A DNA stretch of 64,000 bases from Octopus sinensis (Eukaryota). This document shows, piece by piece, positions 62,101 through 64,000 of the stretch. Below the pieces are notes generated by a model, which did no database searches, was not told where the DNA came from, and saw only the letters and a program-made list of their open reading frames with translations. The DNA lies in contig NC_042997.1 in NCBI RefSeq assembly GCF_006345805.1, positions 15,252,001 through 15,316,000 on the forward strand, given 5' to 3'. A program made the translations under genes and the position numbers. Within the stretch, counting starts at the first letter, position 1. Every line of letters begins with the position of its first letter.

Positions 62101-62948
62101 ATGATGATGATGAATAAAAGTTGTCTACACAAACAAGGATACATACATACATACACACATATATATATATATATATATAAACATACACACACACATTTAT
62201 ATATTTCTAATCAAACAAATGAATCTTACTTAACATCAGTGATTGATTCCATTACATTCATTTCATTGCAGAGTTTTTTAGTTTGCCACTCGAGGGCAGC
62301 TACATGTCCTTTTTTCCCTCCAAGAAGCAGGTGTCTGTAAAAAAAAAAAAATAATAATAATAATAATAAAACTATATAACTTTGCAATAACAGTTAGACT
62401 ATCTTTTTCACTGATGAGGTTAAATGAGACCAAAATATGCCTGGAGTTGTCACTGTATACTAAGGCTCAGACTTACATGCTGACTGCATTCGATATTGAA
62501 TTTAAATTCCATGGGTTGTATCCCCTGCCTTTCTTGACCGGAGTTAGTCATTAAGATAATGTTTCATTCTTTTCCCAAAAAGTGTAATTCTAATTAAAAT
62601 GGTTATAAGAGACTGTGAGAAATGTTACCTAGTTTTTTACATAAAGAATATTTCATGAAACTATACCAAAGCCAGTACCCAAGACTGAGAGACAACAAAT
62701 ATGAGTTGTCCATTTTCTCAAATAGAAGAGAAAAGTTAGGAATGTAGTGAAAGTACATTTCATCAACTTTATTCTTTCTTACTACAAACTGAACAAGCAC
62801 TCGTGTCAAAAGATATCATTAAATTTATTAACAATTTATTAACAATTAATTAACAATTTATTAACAATTAACAAGTAAAACCTTCATACCTTCCATTCCT
62901 TGTATAATCAATTTTGTATGGCCCAAAGTTCAAATCTAAGCCAAAGTA
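43533..62948 (-). CDS. WDR46: WD repeat protein 46 (Utp7/BING4, SSU processome), spliced; 5' exons outside window. Exons 62890-62948, 62230-62334, 58207-58357, 56118-56253, 53806-53905, 49253-49406, 48519-48666, 48185-48279, 47661-47762, 43533-43703
   Basis: In-frame AG/GT exons give [71 protein letters not shown] and the BING4CT-type [11 protein letters not shown]...[19 protein letters not shown] motif of WDR46/Utp7. Confidence 0.95.
43872..44256 (-). mobile_element. tRNA(Arg)-like SINE, full length with TSD
   Basis: A/B-box head; flanked by the direct repeat AGGAAAAGTAGC. Confidence 0.85.
44744..45150. mobile_element. Family P2 element: partial tandem plus inverted copies
   Basis: ~44744-44872 is complementary to ~44955-45080, with an extra partial direct copy at 44879-44950; tail-to-tail layout typical of Penelope-like elements. 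Confidence 0.7.
47661..47762 (-). CDS. WDR46: WDR46 exon ([14 protein letters not shown]...NKQALR)
   Basis: ccatag|ATT...AGA|gtatgt; 102 nt; IxPxMIxLD follows the LLDK motif as in Utp7. Confidence 0.88.
47955..48133 (+). mobile_element. Family P2 element with an intact hammerhead-like motif
   Basis: CTA-TTGAAAA-G-GTTGC-AACAC-GCAAC-GAAAATTT-TAG at 48006-48042. Confidence 0.6.
48185..48279 (-). CDS. WDR46: WDR46 exon ([31 protein letters not shown])
   Basis: tttag|GT...AAG|gtaaat; 95 nt. Confidence 0.95.
48519..48666 (-). CDS. WDR46: WDR46 exon (IFDNCC...[11 protein letters not shown]...LLIPG)
   Basis: tttag|ATA...G|gtgagt; 148 nt. Confidence 0.95.
49253..49406 (-). CDS. WDR46: WDR46 exon ([19 protein letters not shown]...GIGNVVQ)
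   Basis: tatag|A...CAG|gttagt; 154 nt; WD repeat. Confidence 0.95.
49978..51090 (-). mobile_element. CpG-rich composite non-coding retroelement with an RTE-type 3' end and internal minisatellites
   Basis: (GAT)n tail plus RTE 3' UTR at 49978-50215; 20-bp and 35-bp tandem repeats; 32-bp direct repeat at ~50705 and ~51058. Confidence 0.55.
51559..51766. mobile_element. Inverted-repeat element with a hammerhead motif in each arm (Penelope-like)
   Basis: Plus arm CTGAAGG-G-GTCAC..GTGAC-GAAA-GATTTC (51691-51724); minus arm CTGAAGA-G-GTCAT..GTGAC-AAAA-GATTTC. Confidence 0.7.
52551..53128. repeat. Local duplication: direct copy of 51893-52203 fused to an inverted copy of 51281-51559
   Basis: Near-identical, including non-TE sequence. 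Confidence 0.9.
53806..53905 (-). CDS. WDR46: WDR46 exon ([19 protein letters not shown]...VDQRGL)
   Basis: ttgcag|GA...TT|gtacgt; 100 nt. Confidence 0.95.
54520..55165 (-). pseudogene. RTE-clade LINE reverse transcriptase fragment with a Cys/His-rich insert
   Basis: [10 protein letters not shown]...[11 protein letters not shown]...[25 protein letters not shown]...VNSFCYLGD...AKFREL...[10 protein letters not shown]; stops and frameshifts. Confidence 0.85.
55670..56085 (+). mobile_element. Possible Helentron/DINE-like non-autonomous element
   Basis: AAATTTAGTGAAAATCCGTTCAGTTGTTTT...ACACACAGAC...GATTACAATACTCTGC..GCAGGGC terminal pattern; recognised by resemblance only. Confidence 0.35.
56118..56253 (-). 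CDS. WDR46: WDR46 exon ([14 protein letters not shown]...IHLGHSNG)
   Basis: ttccag|AAT...G|gtaagg; 136 nt. Confidence 0.95.
58207..58357 (-). CDS. WDR46: WDR46 exon ([20 protein letters not shown]...PYHFLLVAA)
   Basis: aacag|A...GCA|gtaagt; 151 nt. Confidence 0.95.
58542..58762. mobile_element. piggyBac-like MITE (family of 61495-61715)
   Basis: TTAA flanks and a shared internal sequence. Confidence 0.7.
59480..60135 (+). mobile_element. RTE LINE 3' end: ORF C-terminus plus 3' UTR plus (GAT)n
   Basis: [20 protein letters not shown]...[14 protein letters not shown] is contiguous with the abundant (GAT)n-tailed repeat. Confidence 0.85.
60177..60426. repeat. Inverted repeat (~105-bp arms), Penelope-like
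   Basis: 60177-60280 is the reverse complement of 60323-60426. Confidence 0.9.
60306..60381 (+). ncRNA. Type-I hammerhead ribozyme motif (partly degenerate)
   Basis: GTCT-CTGATGA-[long stem II]-GAAA-C-AGCT-C-TA-AGAC; stem I GTCT/AGAC; C-C mismatch in stem III. Confidence 0.65.
61495..61715. mobile_element. piggyBac-like MITE
   Basis: TTAA-CCCTTTAG...CTAAAGGG-TTAA. Confidence 0.8.
62230..62334 (-). CDS. WDR46: WDR46 exon ([21 protein letters not shown]...ITDVK)
   Basis: ttacag|A...AA|gtaaga; 105 nt. Confidence 0.94.
62890..62948 (-). CDS. WDR46: WDR46 exon ([20 protein letters not shown])
   Basis: ttttcag|TAC...AG|gtatga; 59 nt. Confidence 0.92.
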
Positions 62949-63005
62949 CTGAAAAAAAAAAAGAGTAGGAACAAAAAATCAAATAAATATATAAATTGAA
63001 GTATA

Positions 63006-63416
63006 GGCGCAGGAGTGGCTGTGTGGTAAGTAGCTTGCTAACCAACCACATGGTTCTGGCTTCAGTCCCACTGCGTGGCATCTTGGGCAAGTGTCTTCTG
63101 CTATAGCCCCGGGCCGACCAATGCCTTGTGAGTGGATTTGGTAGATGGAAACTGAAAGAAGCCTGTCGTATATATGTATATATATAAATATGTATGTGTG
63201 TGTATGTGTTTGTGTGTCTGTGTTTGTCCCCCTAGCATTGCTTGACAACCGATGCTGGTGTGTGTTTACGTCCCCGTCACTTAGCGGTTCGGCAAAAGAG
63301 AGACTGATAGAATAAGTACTGGGCTTACAAAGAATAAGTCCCGGGGTCGATTTGCTCGACTAAAGGCCTTGCTCCAGCATGGCCGCAGTCAAATGACTGA
63401 AACAAGTAAAAGAGTA
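63006..63416 (+). mobile_element. tRNA-derived SINE family A
   Basis: Full-length family A copy. Confidence 0.88.
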
Positions 63417-63537
63417 TAAGGTTGTTGGGAGCAGAATTTAATGAGAGGTGATGGTAGAAAGTCAGGGGACATAACTGATGGTAAAAGAATGTGATCAGAG
63501 TTAAGAATAAGGTATGGTGAGGTTATTGAAAAAGCTA

Positions 63538-63975
63538 TTGGGTCATCCCATAAATAATGCAGTTTTTTTTTTATACTTCTTTTATTTTTCAAAATTAAGA
63601 TAAACCAAAGTTGTTTTTTAATCTAAAATAAAGTCTCTTTCATTTTCTACAATGTTCTTGCATCTATCTGGTAGACTTGCAAACGCCCTTCTTCCAAAAT
63701 TCATTTGTCTGTGATGAAAATTACACTTCCAGTACTGTTCTGACCTCATCTACAGAATTCGTATTTTTTCGTCCAAATGATTTTGAAGACTACAGAATAA
63801 ATGATAATCAGATGGGGCAATGTGCGGCGAATATGGTGGGTGGGGCATTGTTTCCCATTCAAACTGCTCCAGCCTTTGGAATGTCATCCTCGCTGTATGT
63901 GGCTGAGCATTGTCCTGATGGAAGAATTCCTTTCGTCTTGAAACCAAAGACAGTCGTTTTTCTTCTAGTGGTGAC
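63538..63975 (-). mobile_element. Mariner (DD34D) transposon 3' part, decayed; interrupted by a piggyBac-like MITE at 63980
   Basis: HQDNAQPH...HPPYSPHIAPSDYHLF motif; TA|TTGGGTCATCCCATAAATAATGC terminus. Confidence 0.85.
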
Positions 63976-64000
63976 TTAACCCTTTCGTTACCAAACCGCC

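Noticed and set aside
62411-62445. CTGATGA-GGTT..GACC-AAAA hammerhead-like motif (also CTGATGAGGACAGTC at ~51825)
   Set aside because: GAAA is absent and stems I and III are unconvincing; could be decayed or chance.

Overview
AT-rich, repeat-dense animal genomic DNA. The SINE and LINE families look like those of an octopus or other coleoid cephalopod (inference). Two intron-rich housekeeping genes converge tail to tail. On + is QTRT1 (queuine tRNA-ribosyltransferase catalytic subunit): 8 coding exons at 21664-40115, all GT-AG with consistent phases; its N-terminal exon was not found in the window. On - is WDR46/Utp7 (SSU processome WD40 protein): 10 coding exons from 62948 down to 43533; its 5' exons lie beyond the window. 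Introns and flanks are filled with tRNA-derived SINEs, 3' fragments of an RTE LINE with (GAT)n tails, a CR1-type LINE end, non-autonomous Helitrons, piggyBac-like and Merlin-like MITEs, a decayed DD36E Tc1-like element and a mariner fragment. The most unusual layer is a set of about six unrelated short elements that carry minimal type-I hammerhead ribozyme motifs (Penelope-like). They often form inverted repeats and several lie within about 100 nt of exons. One has a tRNA-like Pol III head and one has a putative U3-A8 core variant. There are also several local templated duplications. All calls were made by eye; no searches were run.
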